Shown: piece after piece, positions 41,201 to 52,841 of the stretch
How the letters are laid out: each line of letters begins with the position of its first letter
How positions within the stretch are numbered: position 1 is the stretch's first letter
Assembly: GCF_964355755.1 (NCBI RefSeq)
Contig: NC_092671.1
Span: forward strand, 992,001-1,056,000
Source of the DNA: Antedon mediterranea
Lineage: Eukaryota; Animalia; Echinodermata
DNA length: 64,000 nucleotides
Reading direction: 5' to 3'
The notes under the pieces: generated by a model
Told to the model about the DNA's origin: nothing
Database searches by the model: none
The model's input: only the letters and a program-made list of their open reading frames with translations
Made by a program: the position numbers and the translations under genes

Positions 41201-44200
41201 GAATCAACTTGAATCCTAAATTTACTACTAAGTAATGCTTACTTGGTGGTTTAAGTTGAATTGGATGTTCAACAAGATGTGTAACGCCAACTATATACTC
41301 GTTCTTATCCTTGCCATCCAAACCAGCGTACGAATCAACTTTCAATATCACAGAATCCCACCACTCAACATCTGGTATCTCATTTTCCCTCTGGATCAAA
41401 AAAATGTGATATAAATAACATAAAAAAATGTTGCTCTACAAATGATATACAGCAGAACCTTTACACCTTTGGCACTGTAGATTCATGTTTCAATGTCCCC
41501 TTAGTAGGAGAGTCCCCTTAATAGGATTGTACTTACAAATGTTTTCTTGGGTTGAATGAGTGCCAACCGTGCAGCTGAGGATATTCCAGTCTTCTTTGCT
41601 GCTTGAGCAATCTCACTTTGAAGCTTCTCTAGCTGGGCCTACAAGAACAATATAAAAACAAATGAATAAAAGGATTGTTAGGGATGCATGATAACCCCTC
41701 TCATTACTATGCTCTGTGTGTGGTAATATTCAATCCAAAAAAAAATAAAAAGTGCACATTATTATGTATAATTATATACAGAGACAAATAATGTAATGTC
41801 ATTATTGCACTTAAAATAGTAGAAATAGGAAGTATTTAGGAACCAATAAAATAAATCACCATGTAAAATGTTGTCATCCAAATTAATTAAACTAGATTTT
41901 GGTTTGATTGATTTTGTTAATAAACAACATTTATAATTAAAAACATTAATAAATAATATATACAGTCAACTCTCTCAATACCACCTTTGGCTGGCCAAAT
42001 ATGTCTGGTTTTCTGGAAAATCTGGTATTCGGATTGTGTTTTCTTTGGTTAAAATTAATGTGAGAAAAGTCTGGTTTTGGGAGAGTTTCTGGTTTTCAGA
42101 GAGTTAGAGTTGACTGTACATATATTTTTATTTATAACAAAGACGGGATCATTCATTACCTTGGCTCTGACTCTTTGTGCCACCATCTGATATTTGCCTT
42201 TTTCGTGGAACTTAAATCCACGTCTGGGTCTTACTGCAGGTTGTAAGGTAACACGCTGATCAAAGAACTTGTGAGTATCATCCAACTGAATATCTGGCTT
42301 ATCTTGTACTGCTTTGAACTCTTCCCTTTTCTTCGCTCTGATATTAGCCTTACAAATAATATTTGAATGTTATGATCCAATAATTCTTAAAAGACATTAC
42401 AAAATGCATAGAGGAACCGAATACATTAACATTTTTATAATACTGTACAAGACAATTATGTATTACTTGCGAAACAAAATCAAATCTTCACATTTTTTGT
42501 GTTTTCTGTATTACTCAAGAACTGATTTTAACTAATACTGTAGTAGATTAATATTTGATGATCATTGAATGGCTCTTAGGTAATGGTCTTAAATTACTGC
42601 TAAAGTTAACAATGGTTTGATAATTTTGATTTTTATTACCTTTAACGTTGGCATTCTCTGAGTGAGTTGAATAGTGTTACCACTTGCATCAATGGTTCTA
42701 CCTTGATCATCCAAAATTAATGGCGTTGGCCTAATGAGATAAGTCACAATGATAAAGAAATTAACTATATTAATGTTGCATTATATATATTATATCATTT
42801 TTAAAATGTCAACTTAATGTCACTGGCTACCAAGTGTCTCTATGTAAGACAGTTACCTGAACCAGTACCCATAGTTATAATCTGCATTGTGTAATGGATA
42901 TGTATGTAAATAAATACATTAGGTATCTACTTGTTTATTGAATAAAATGTTGTTACAAACTTTGACAGATGCTTTCCGAGACCAGAGCTAGCCATTTGTG
43001 CTTGGATTCTAGCCTGGATTTCAGCAGCTCTCTTGGCCTTATCTAGGGCTTCTTTAGCTAGTAGTTGGCTCTGACTTTCTGGCATCAGGGTGGGTATTGC
43101 TGGCTTTCGCATCATGCTCTGAAAATAATGAAATATTGATGGTTTAATCTAATAATATTAAGTTAAAAGGGCAGTCAAAACCATTTAGATAATTGGAACT
43201 TGTTCCTCATTTATCTGCCACCCTCATATATGTTGTTTTTATAAATTTTTTTCATTTTATGTATTTTGGAGAAAATAAATATATTATTACTAAAATGTAG
43301 ATTTATTGAGGACCAAGACTGTAGGCTCCAAAATAATGTTTTTCTCAAAACAAACCAACTGCACTCCGATAAGCCTTCGTTTATGAAGAGCTTCTTGTGA
43401 ACGGTATAACTCTATTCAAACTATCAGTATCACCTTCATACAAAAATGATTAATAGTTTAAATAAAATATCTTAATACAATGTATGTTCTTAAAACTGTT
43501 GGTATATACTAACAAGTGCGTCTATCTGTTCTTTCCTTGCTGTGATTTGTTTGCGTGCTTGCACCATCATTTCTTTAATTTGTGCAGAGGTCAGTTGTCC
43601 AGGACTCGGAGTAGGCTCAGGTAGAGGGGCGTCTAAATCATCTGAGAAATGAGACGGTATTTTAGACTTCTTTGGTTTAGCAACTTCTTCACCTGAATCA
43701 TCTTCCTGCAAAAAAATGTCAACATAAACTGATTTTTTAAATAATGTTTTGAAATATAAATGAAGTAGCTAATTTTACAGTAAAATAGAGAAATAACACC
43801 AACTTCCAGAAGTATAATTTTTTTTTTTTAATATTTAGAATTAACCTTCTGTTTTTCATAAATATTCAAAATTAATTAACTTTATAAAGTAGTAGTAACT
43901 TTGTAATACTGTTTAATAAATTAATCTGCAATTATCTTTTTATAGACAGGTGAATTAGGGCAATTTGTTTTCATGTGAAAACTCTACGACTACGACAGCT
44001 GTATGATACATCATTACAGTCACCCCCTCAAAAACAGAAATAATATACCTTGAATGTTCTTTTACGTGGTTTGCTCGACTTTCTTGATGACTCAACTTCT
44101 CGGATCGTCTCAAACAGCAGTGACACAAACTTTGGCGCAGATTTTTCAAGTAATGGCTGAAGCATTTCTGAAATGACAAAAATACTTGACCACTTAAATG

Positions 44201-44704
44201 AGAATAATACTTGACCACTTAAATGAGAAAATACTTGACCACACAATTTCTTACCAAAATCAGATTTATATCTTTTATTCAATTTACAAATAATAATTGA
44301 TGCAGGGTGCATCATAAAATCTAAATGGTACGTCATATCATTGAACAATGGTGTGTCAATGTCTGTCACTTTACCACCCACCATATCATGAACATGGTCA
44401 CAATGCGTCAAAATGAGTGCGTCAGGGTAACCTAAAGGTAAGTCCATTTTTTATGCAGGAGTGCAGTGATCATGTTATTCATAAGGTATGATACACATTG
44501 GACAAATGACGCACCTCTCCCGGGGATAATAGTGCGTCATACGTTGAATTAATTACCTATGGTTTTGGACTCATCTAGGCCCTTTGACACACAGTTAAAT
44601 GCAGCCATAACCACAGTCGGCTCTGGAAACCCTAGAACACGTTTTACAGTTTTTTCCACCCATGGCTTGATGTCGTCCAACTCACGGCGGGATAATGATG
44701 ACAT
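38290..44704 (-). CDS. PRPF3: U4/U6 snRNP protein Prp3
   Basis: Exons 44704-44557 (PWI-like: [29 protein letters not shown]), 44167-44049, 43705-43514, 43118-42961, 42730-42640 ([20 protein letters not shown]), 42348-42160, 41638-41537, 41390-41243 ([12 protein letters not shown]), 40791-40648, 40384-40285 ([26 protein letters not shown]), 40155-39923, 39735-39661 ([18 protein letters not shown]), 38510-38290 (CVLVWEG..EHYWDLA). Confidence 0.96.
38629..39498. repeat. 30-bp minisatellite, about 29 copies, in the last PRPF3 intron
   Basis: Unit CCCTGGGTAACAAGCATGTCAACCACAAAG; variant TTCCGAGCCCTGGG at 38629, 39111 and 39471. Confidence 0.97.
41027..41218. repeat. 48-bp minisatellite, 4 copies
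   Basis: ACACTCATCTTT(A/G)CCATCAAGCCAGTGTAAGAATCAACTTGAATCCTA x4. Confidence 0.95.
41963..42116. mobile_element. Tc1/mariner-pogo-like MITE family B
   Basis: TA|CAGTCAACTCT ... AGAGTTGACTG|TA: perfect 11-bp TIRs with TA target duplication. Confidence 0.8.
44181..44242. repeat. Short tandem repeat next to a PRPF3 acceptor
   Basis: AATACTTGACCAC(TTAAATGAGA) occurs three times. Confidence 0.8.
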
Positions 44705-46594
44705 TTTCAAAGATTTTCTATTAAAAAAATAAACTGAAAGTTATTTATTTACTAAAATCATTCAAAATTAAGGTAAGGTAAAAGTAAAATAAAAATGCTA
44801 TTAATCTGAAAATCTTTTTAGTTTAGTTTTAGGGCTAAATCTTGCTATTTCATTCAACAACAAGTAACTGTAGGAATTACATAGATAATAGGTATTAAAC
44901 ATACACGGCTCACTAGAGCCTAGACGAATGCGGAAGGGCTAGGCCTATTTAGGTTGATGCGAGTAGGCCGTGTCTGAACTAGAGAGTATGCCTAAAAAGC
45001 CTAGCCACTCCTGCAGCTAGCTGCTTTCCACCTCTGTCTGTTGGTGGTGGGCCTACGTAAAATATTCAATATCCTAGATTACGATGACCTAGGCCTATAT
45101 AATATAAACCTAATATATCACAAGTAATTAAATTATACTCTATATCAAAGATAATCACAGAACAATATTATTTGATCATACATTTTCACTCAATCTTTGA
45201 AGAATTTTATTTAAAAAAACGCTAGGTCGTCGACGATCGACGCGACAAGGCAAAAACTGCCGTGTAGTAATATCGTATCCAATAGAAGTTCACTATCCCT
45301 TTATTATTACTTTCTTAACTGGATGCGATCTTTAGGAATTAATGAGTTGGATTGTTTGTGTGTTAAATTTACTTGCTGACGCGTTTCGTTTTCGTAAAAC
45401 ACGTTCTAGAGAGAATAAATGTTGTTCTCTTTATCTCTCAACACTTGACAATTCACATTAAAATTAGAGATAAGGGACTGATTACACAAGAAAATTATAA
45501 TATCTCTATGATATAGTATGTAGATACTTTATTTGGATGCTGGTAATAACGCATTGCAAATGTGAGAAAACTGTTCCCTACTCATATAATATTTTAGCAA
45601 TAATAATGCATACATATACAGAGCTGACACATTTTTGCTCAAGAACCATCTTCCTGTTTATTTACTTCCTTTTTCATACTTTTTTTCTGCTGACTTGGCC
45701 AATTTTATTTTATTTAAAAAATTAATATAATTTGTTTTTTTGTGCTTTGTTTTATTTTGTTTATCTTTATAAATTCTATTTATTTTAATTTAATTTGTAT
45801 TGTTACATGTTTATATCTCGTCATATTGTATTTTTATGAGGGTCATGATCAGCTTCGGGTGGCCGAACCACCCTCGTAAAATATTGTTGAAAAAAAACAA
45901 GAGAAGGTAGAAATAACGCGTCACCGTAAAACTGAGAGTTGGCTCAATGAACGCAAATCAAACGGTGAAACCAGGCAAAAATTAACCGACGGGAGAAGTG
46001 ATATTTCCCTTCCGACGAGTTCAAAGTACGGTAAAAATTCATGATAATTGAAATATTCTTTCTACAACATTCACGTAATTATTTATTACATCATAAACCA
46101 GGCCCGTGCGTTCCTAATTATGTATTTATTTAATCAAACAGTGTCTTCTTCTTATCTAAGCCTAGCCTATAGTATAGGCTAGTAGGCTGACCTGCTGAGT
46201 GAGGTCAGAATGGAAGAGGAGTGAGATGTGTTGGCGCGCGGGGGAGTTGAGAAAGGGCCTAGGCCTAGCTAATAAAAATAGAATACCGCTATACTACAGT
46301 AGTATTATTAACAATAGGAAACTAAAGTGTATATATTAGTATTACTTCCTGTGGCATAAAAAAATGATATAAAAAAGTATGGCATTAATTAACTTTAATT
46401 TAAATAATATTCATTCATTGAAAAAAAGAATGTGACTCTAATCTATGTCTTTATGTTAATATTGTACTGTGTAATTTGATAATACAAAATTCATAAAAAT
46501 ACTGTAGTAATTATTATATATATTATATTAAATTATTATATTTCCTCTATCTAGATTTTTCCCAAAGAAGAAGCTACTGAAAGAGGACTTCATT

Positions 46595-47118
46595 ATGTCG
46601 GCAATGTTAGGAAAAGCTGTGGTGTCAAATAAACTAAATCAAATCACGAAAGGCCTCGGATTGGACGACAAAGAAGAGGAAGAAAATCAACCTTCAGCAG
46701 CCGATTTGAAAAAAATAAAAAAAGAAGAATTACAGAAAGAAGAAGAAAAGTAATTATGGAAACTTATTATAAAATTTGTAAAAATATTATATATAAATTT
46801 TTAAAATTCTATTACTACCCATAACCACAAAAACCAAACAAAACATGTATTAATTTAAAACATGTATTAATAGTATAATTTAAATTTGTACAATGGAGAG
46901 TTCTTTTGTTTATTTTGTTTTAAAGGAAGAAAAGAGAAGAAATTCAAGCAAAACGTCGAGCTGAAAGGGCTGGAAAACGAGATGAAATACGAGAAAAATA
47001 TGGATTAAAAGGAAAAGAATCAGAAACAAGTGTGAAAACCGCTAATGATACAAATGCACCAACAAAGAAAACTCAAGTAGAAGATAAAAAGTCATCTGAT
47101 AAATGTTATATTATGTGA
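46595..47118 (+). CDS. Complexin-like (synaphin) protein, 115 aa, C-terminal CAAX box
   Basis: Exons 46595-46749 and 46926-47118 (AA|gtaatt...taaag|G) give MSAMLGKAVVSNKLNQITKGLGLDDKEEEENQ...EEEKKKREEIQAKRRAERAGKRDEIREKYGLKG...KSSDKCYIM*. The central-helix signature AER...R..IR.KYG and terminal CYIM match complexins. Confidence 0.85.
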
Positions 47119-48622
47119 TATTATTGTAAATAACATTATGTAATAATGTAAATAACATTATGTGATAATGTTATATTATGTGAAGTTAGGTGAATCTAAG
47201 GAAATGACTGAAGTTGGTAGAATACATTACAATAATGTTGTATAATGTAGATGAAAAAATAGCAAAATTGAATTTACATCATTCCAACTTTGGTTAGATA
47301 CTTATGTATACATACTGATACTGGTTCATGGGGTTAGCTTTAAGGTTAGTCTATTTGTGTGCATTACTTGTTCATTTTCCCAGATAAATCAGAAGTGCCT
47401 TGTGATTCAAAGTTTATTAATAAAAAGACGTCCTATGCAAATGAGCTGTCAATTCAAATACAAAATCAGAAAAGCCTCTATAATATATATAAGATATATC
47501 TAGTTTTCTAATTATTATATTCTACTAGTTTGGTATCTTCTAAAAATATCACTAAAATACTGTAATTGTTTTATAAGTCCTGGGTTTGAAAGGGATTTCA
47601 CTAACTATCCAAAAATACATAGAAACAGTAAATCAATTTGTCAAATTTGGTCAACATTATTTATTTTGGAATTATTAATAAATTGTTTTTGGAGGTATTT
47701 TAATTTATAGTTAGATAGGCATATTTACAGTATGCTGTAAAGAATAAGGTGTATTTACTAACAATCAGAATTGTTTAGGATATTTTGTTGGGATATTTTC
47801 AAATGGTTGCAATGTTAAGTGCTGGATGTAATAGACTTTGTATTACTTTATTGTTGAGTAAATACAGTAGTAATGTAACTACTGTACTAGTTTTACAGAT
47901 AATTTCTCATGATGCAAGCGGCTTTCACCCACCAAATATACTAACTAAATCTACATGTTTAAGCACATACTTAGTGCTATGGCTTAAGCTGCTTGATTAA
48001 CTTGATTTGTGTTATTTTTAATAAAATGTACATAAATAATTATATTTTATACCAATGAGGGATTTTATAGGTTATTTTTAAAGGTTAATTAAAACGAAAT
48101 GCCAAAAAAATATTATATGCAAATATATGGAAGAATTGGTATATAATGTATCTGAGTACTTCTATTTCTTTTATTTACATTTTATTTAATTTATTCATTT
48201 TACATCAATATAAACTTGAGTTACAATTACACACATGATTAAAGTCTCAAATTAAAAACTACTTTTAGGCCAATGCTGACAGAATCTTCACACCGCACAT
48301 TTGCAAAAATCAAATAAAAATAGTATATGTAGGGAGTTCTTGACTTCCTGATATTGCATGCTTGAGACCTTAATATTCCCATTTACATGTGCAGAAAATT
48401 CTGAATATTCGAGATTTGTCAACAAATCAATAGTGAGGAGACCCATAGGAGCGTTATAGAATCTACTAACATGTTTACATTAGTTTGCTCTCACTCTCTG
48501 GTTGTATAATACCTCTATAGTGATACTTTTAAAGGTCTCATACTGCAGGATGCTCAATTCTCTTATTTTCTCATTTTAGCAAACAAATTCCAAGTAAAAA
48601 TGTTCATCCATTTTTCATTTTA

Positions 48623-51259
48623 TTACAATCCTGATGTTGGAGCACTAACTTTGATCACTCCTTGTATCTCTTTGAAATGAGCATGATTCTTATCACCCAC
48701 AAGCTGCAACAAGACTGATTCACTAGTGGTTACAATTGCACCAGCCTGTCTTAACCTCTGTAAGGAATAACAGTAGTACAATTTAAATTATTTTTATGTT
48801 ATTGACTCATCGTACAGAATTGTCATATTAGAACACATAAAATACAAATAAAACACTAACAAAATAACATGGAACATTTGTTTGCTATGATGCTAATTGA
48901 AAGATAACCTTGAATACAAAAGTATGCTATGTTTGACATCAAACTGTTTGTAATGTGATTCCGTAAAAGATGATAACTGAAATCAAAAATACTTTATATT
49001 TCTGTACTGAAAACCTTACTTTACCAGGGTTTAATCACCATGCAAACCTTCATGAATTGTATAAAGCTCTGTCTACACTATCAAACTTATTTGTCACAAA
49101 AAGTGTGATAAACCCAAATATTGTAGTGATATGCCCAAATATGGTAGTGATATGACATCATGTCCATATATGGGCACATCATATTTGTTTTTATTTACCT
49201 CATAGGCAAACTGTCTATCCATCATGCTACGTGATGAGCAGGCATCAGCTACTACATGTACATCGTAGTCTTTACCTAGCAAGTCTAATGCAGTCTGTTG
49301 AATGCATACATGCGTCTGAAACAACAAACATACAGCGACTATATATCTATTTAGATTTAATTTTTATAACAGGGAAGAGTGAACTGTTTTATAACTTTGT
49401 ATTTCTTTCTCTAGCTTGATTTTGGCACATAAAAGTTAAAGACACCTTCCCTATGTTTTTTAGATCTATTTTAAGATCACAAATATATTTAATGTAAAAA
49501 TAATACTATATGGTCCTATTGTGATAACTTTTTTCGTCTTTAAATGGGTAAAAATGTTAAAAATAAGTCGATTCTAATAATTACAGCGACCCGCTATAAA
49601 TCCCAAAATGCATTGCGCACGAATTGATATTTCTGGTTTTTTTTCTGTAATTCACCTACTTTTCAATCGATCGTGAGGCCAAAACAAATGGAAGACTCCT
49701 AACTTTTCAGCAAAAATATCGGGTTTTCCCCAATTTTTATCAACGGAGTCTGGCAAAAATAGAAAGACAATTAATGCAGCAACTATACAACGTCAGGCTA
49801 GGTATATAGCTAGCGTACGATGTTCGTACGTTGCCGATGTTTACCAGCTAAGCCTACAAAACTAAGCCTAGCTAGGCTAGGCCTAAAGACCGTCCACAAG
49901 AGGTCAGTCGCCGCGAGCTACTTAGGTAGTGCATTGTTTCTCACTTTTTATCATAATTTACCATAAAACGTACATTTAAGACAAAGAATGACCTGGTTTA
50001 ATGTTTTTAAAGTAATAAATATGTATTATTTTTACAAAACGTCACAAATTGTAGGGAAGGTGTCTTTAATAATTATGCGGATTTTCTGACTCAAACATTA
50101 TAAATTATATGAATATATAATAAATGTCACGCTATTTTAAGGCAGTTTGCCTATTCATCAAATTCGTCACAATTTTGATTTTATACACGATTAAACATTT
50201 TTACACAATTTAAAAGATTTATAATATGATCATAATAATATAATTTTTACAATTACTGTATATTGTATTCTAAAAATTATTTGTAAAAAGTTCAATATTT
50301 TGCAAAATGCACAGAAAACCCAGGAAAATGTTGACAAAGTTTAACAAACTGAAGAGACGAGAAGCAGATGAATATTTACCTCAATTCCAAACAAGACAAT
50401 TGACTTGATATTGCGGCGTGTTTCAAGTTCTCTCTGCACCTCTGGAATAAGCATGGAGAAGACAGTCTTTGGGTAAACATCAACAGCTGACGTGACATCA
50501 AGATCCTCTACAGTTTTTCCTAAGCCATTAGGATACTAACAAATAAACAGTACTTATCAACAAGGAACCATGTCAAAAATAGTCTACTCCAGTGTAACTA
50601 CATTTTTTAACTTAAGTAAATAATGCAAATTAGCAAGCTTTTTTAATAATCATACACACTCTTTATTGTCGCAGTGACTGTAAAGTGTATTTTATAATAT
50701 ATAAATTTGAAAACATAATTTGAGATTATCTCACCTGCTCTGTAACAAACAGTGGAATGCTGAGAATTTTACTTGCACAAACCTAAAATTAATATACAGT
50801 AAACAATTATGTGCCTCGGGCCCATACATTCATGTCATGATATATAAATAAGGGCTTTATTTAGGCCTATTCTAGCTTTTCTTACTTACTTTTTAGTAGG
50901 CCTAGCTAGGCCCTCTATCTATATTTAGGCTAGTTGTAGGCCTACTACTACTACTAGAGAGGCTAGTAGTAGTAGTAGGCCTCCTGGGCCTAGTAGTAGG
51001 CCTAGGTAGGCTAGCTAGATAGTAGTAGGCCTACTAGTAGGCTACTACCTATTAGAGGCTAGTAGGCCCTCTAGTAGCCCTAGCTTTGTATTCTAGAACA
51101 GACAGATCCGAACAGACTTACCATTCTTTGTGCCACTTCTAGAATTTCAGCAAAAAATTTAATATGAGGTTTGAATTTTTCTTGCATATCACACAAGAAA
51201 AAAGCTGTGCTATCTGTCGACAAGTTTCGGCCCAACGTTCTTCTTGAAGTCGCCGCCAT
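48623..51259 (-). CDS. ISOC2: Isochorismatase domain-containing protein (ISOC2-like)
   Basis: Exons 51259-51122 ([11 protein letters not shown]), 50782-50735 (VTEQ), 50535-50380 ([20 protein letters not shown]), 49315-49199 ([21 protein letters not shown]), 48757-48623 ([16 protein letters not shown]). The short N-terminus favours ISOC2 over ISOC1. Confidence 0.92.
49065..49185. mobile_element. MITE family A, copy 3 (one end missing)
   Basis: TAA|AGCTCTGTCTACACTATCAAACT...GTGATATGACATCATGTCCATATATGGGCACATCA; truncated just before the ISOC2 exon 4 donor. Confidence 0.75.
49440..50065. mobile_element. Non-autonomous DNA transposon with TTAA target duplication (Kolobok-like)
   Basis: TTAA|AGACACCTTCCCTA ... 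TAGGGAAGGTGTCT|TTAA: perfect 14-bp TIRs starting AG rather than the piggyBac CCY; no ORF. Confidence 0.85.
50861..51085. repeat. TAGGCCTA/CTA low-complexity palindromic tract in ISOC2 intron 1
   Basis: Dense TAGGCCTA, CTAG and (TAG)n/(CTA)n units. Confidence 0.85.
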
Positions 51260-52841
51260 TGTTTCAATTCTCTTTCTTTTTTTAACCCTGGATGGATTGC
51301 TGAGTCTCAATGTCGTGTATTCGTAAACAAGTTTCACGATGTATAACGCGTTGCAATTTGACGCAACCCCACCCCCAGGAGCCAGACACTCCCCGCAGAC
51401 ACTACTAATATTTTATAAGAATCCTTCGTAATAAAAAAAAATGTATAGATTTGCAGATATTGATATTCATGGTTTGGTTGTGAGAAACGGAGAAAAACTG
51501 TAGGAAGACTTCATAATTAACAACAATTTAATTCTAAATATTAGGCCCATGAATGATTATTCTGATACAGTAGGCCTATACTAAGTACAATACCATTGAA
51601 CAAGGCCATAAACATGGCTGCAGTCGCGTGCACCATGGATAAATTTCTCCAGTGCGTGCACACATTTGAGTTAGTGTTTACCGACCGAACAACCGACAGA
51701 CCGACCGACCGTCCAACCGACCGACATAGTGAGTTGCGTTTGCACGCAACTAAAAAACAAGATTAGATTGAATAACTCTACATGGTAATTTCATAGTTTT
51801 TGTATACTTCCCTAAATATATATATACTGTATTTTCATTTTTACCAACAAATTCAAAATGTTTGTCAACCGCATTCCGAAATGTCGAGAATTTAAGGTGT
51901 GTGAAGAAAGTCACACTAATGAATGTGTTTACACATACAAATGTAAACAGCCGTGTAATACAATAACCTTAATTTTAGAATGATTAATGAACATTCTATG
52001 ATGTACTGCAATGAATGTCAACAACAGGTGGTTGTTCTGTAGTAGTCGTTATATGCTATATAGACTGTAGTAGAGGTACATACTTTTCGCATTTTTCCAA
52101 CAAAAAGTAAGTATTTTCCAAATTTGTATACGGAATCATTTGATAGATTACAGGATCATAAGGTCATCAATACAGAACGTGTGTTGAAGTTTGTTAACCA
52201 TTTAAATGACATTCTGCTTGTTTTTATTCAGTAGCCTTTTATTCTGTGTGAGTTGATTTATATTGTTTTGAATTCTGCCACTGAAAAGAAATATACTTAT
52301 TCAAACAGCATTCAGAGCCTGAAGTATTTTGAGAATACCAACTCGCAAAGTGTTCAAATCTCGAGTCGACATTAAAGTTTCCAAAGATAGTCCTCTATCA
52401 CATTAAAAACAGTTGAATCTGTTCAAAACATTAGCTGCGGTTGACGCCACAATAGTTGAAGTGTTTGTTAATTGAAAAAAGGAAGACATTCAATGAAACG
52501 TGATTTTAAAGAAGTTTTACTAAATGGTTTTATTGTTGAGGTTTGACTCAAAGTGAGTGCTTATCCTGATTGTTAGCTTAGCTGTTATTCTCTTCTTACA
52601 TATTTTTATCATGGAAACGGGAACTTTTATCTGTGATCTTTAGAAATATTTTATTTTCAGTTGTTTAAAATTGATTTTCAAAAATACGTAAAACGAAGAA
52701 TCGAGAGGAGAAATTATTTCATAATGGAGAAAGTGATGCAATGACAAACTGAGTGTTGAGTAAATTAATGAGCTTACGACCAGTTCATTGTTTTACTTTA
52801 TTTTGTGGAATTTGACGAAGTAAGAACTGAATTCAAACAAG

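Noticed and set aside
40954-41235. 93-aa repetitive ORF
   Set aside because: It derives from the 48-bp tandem repeat, antisense within a PRPF3 intron.
44168-44447. N-terminal part of ORF 44028-44447
   Set aside because: Open intronic sequence; only 44167-44049 is a PRPF3 exon.
48623-48634. ISOC2 C-terminal SGL as a peroxisomal PTS1
   Set aside because: It lacks the basic middle residue of the canonical SKL-type signal.
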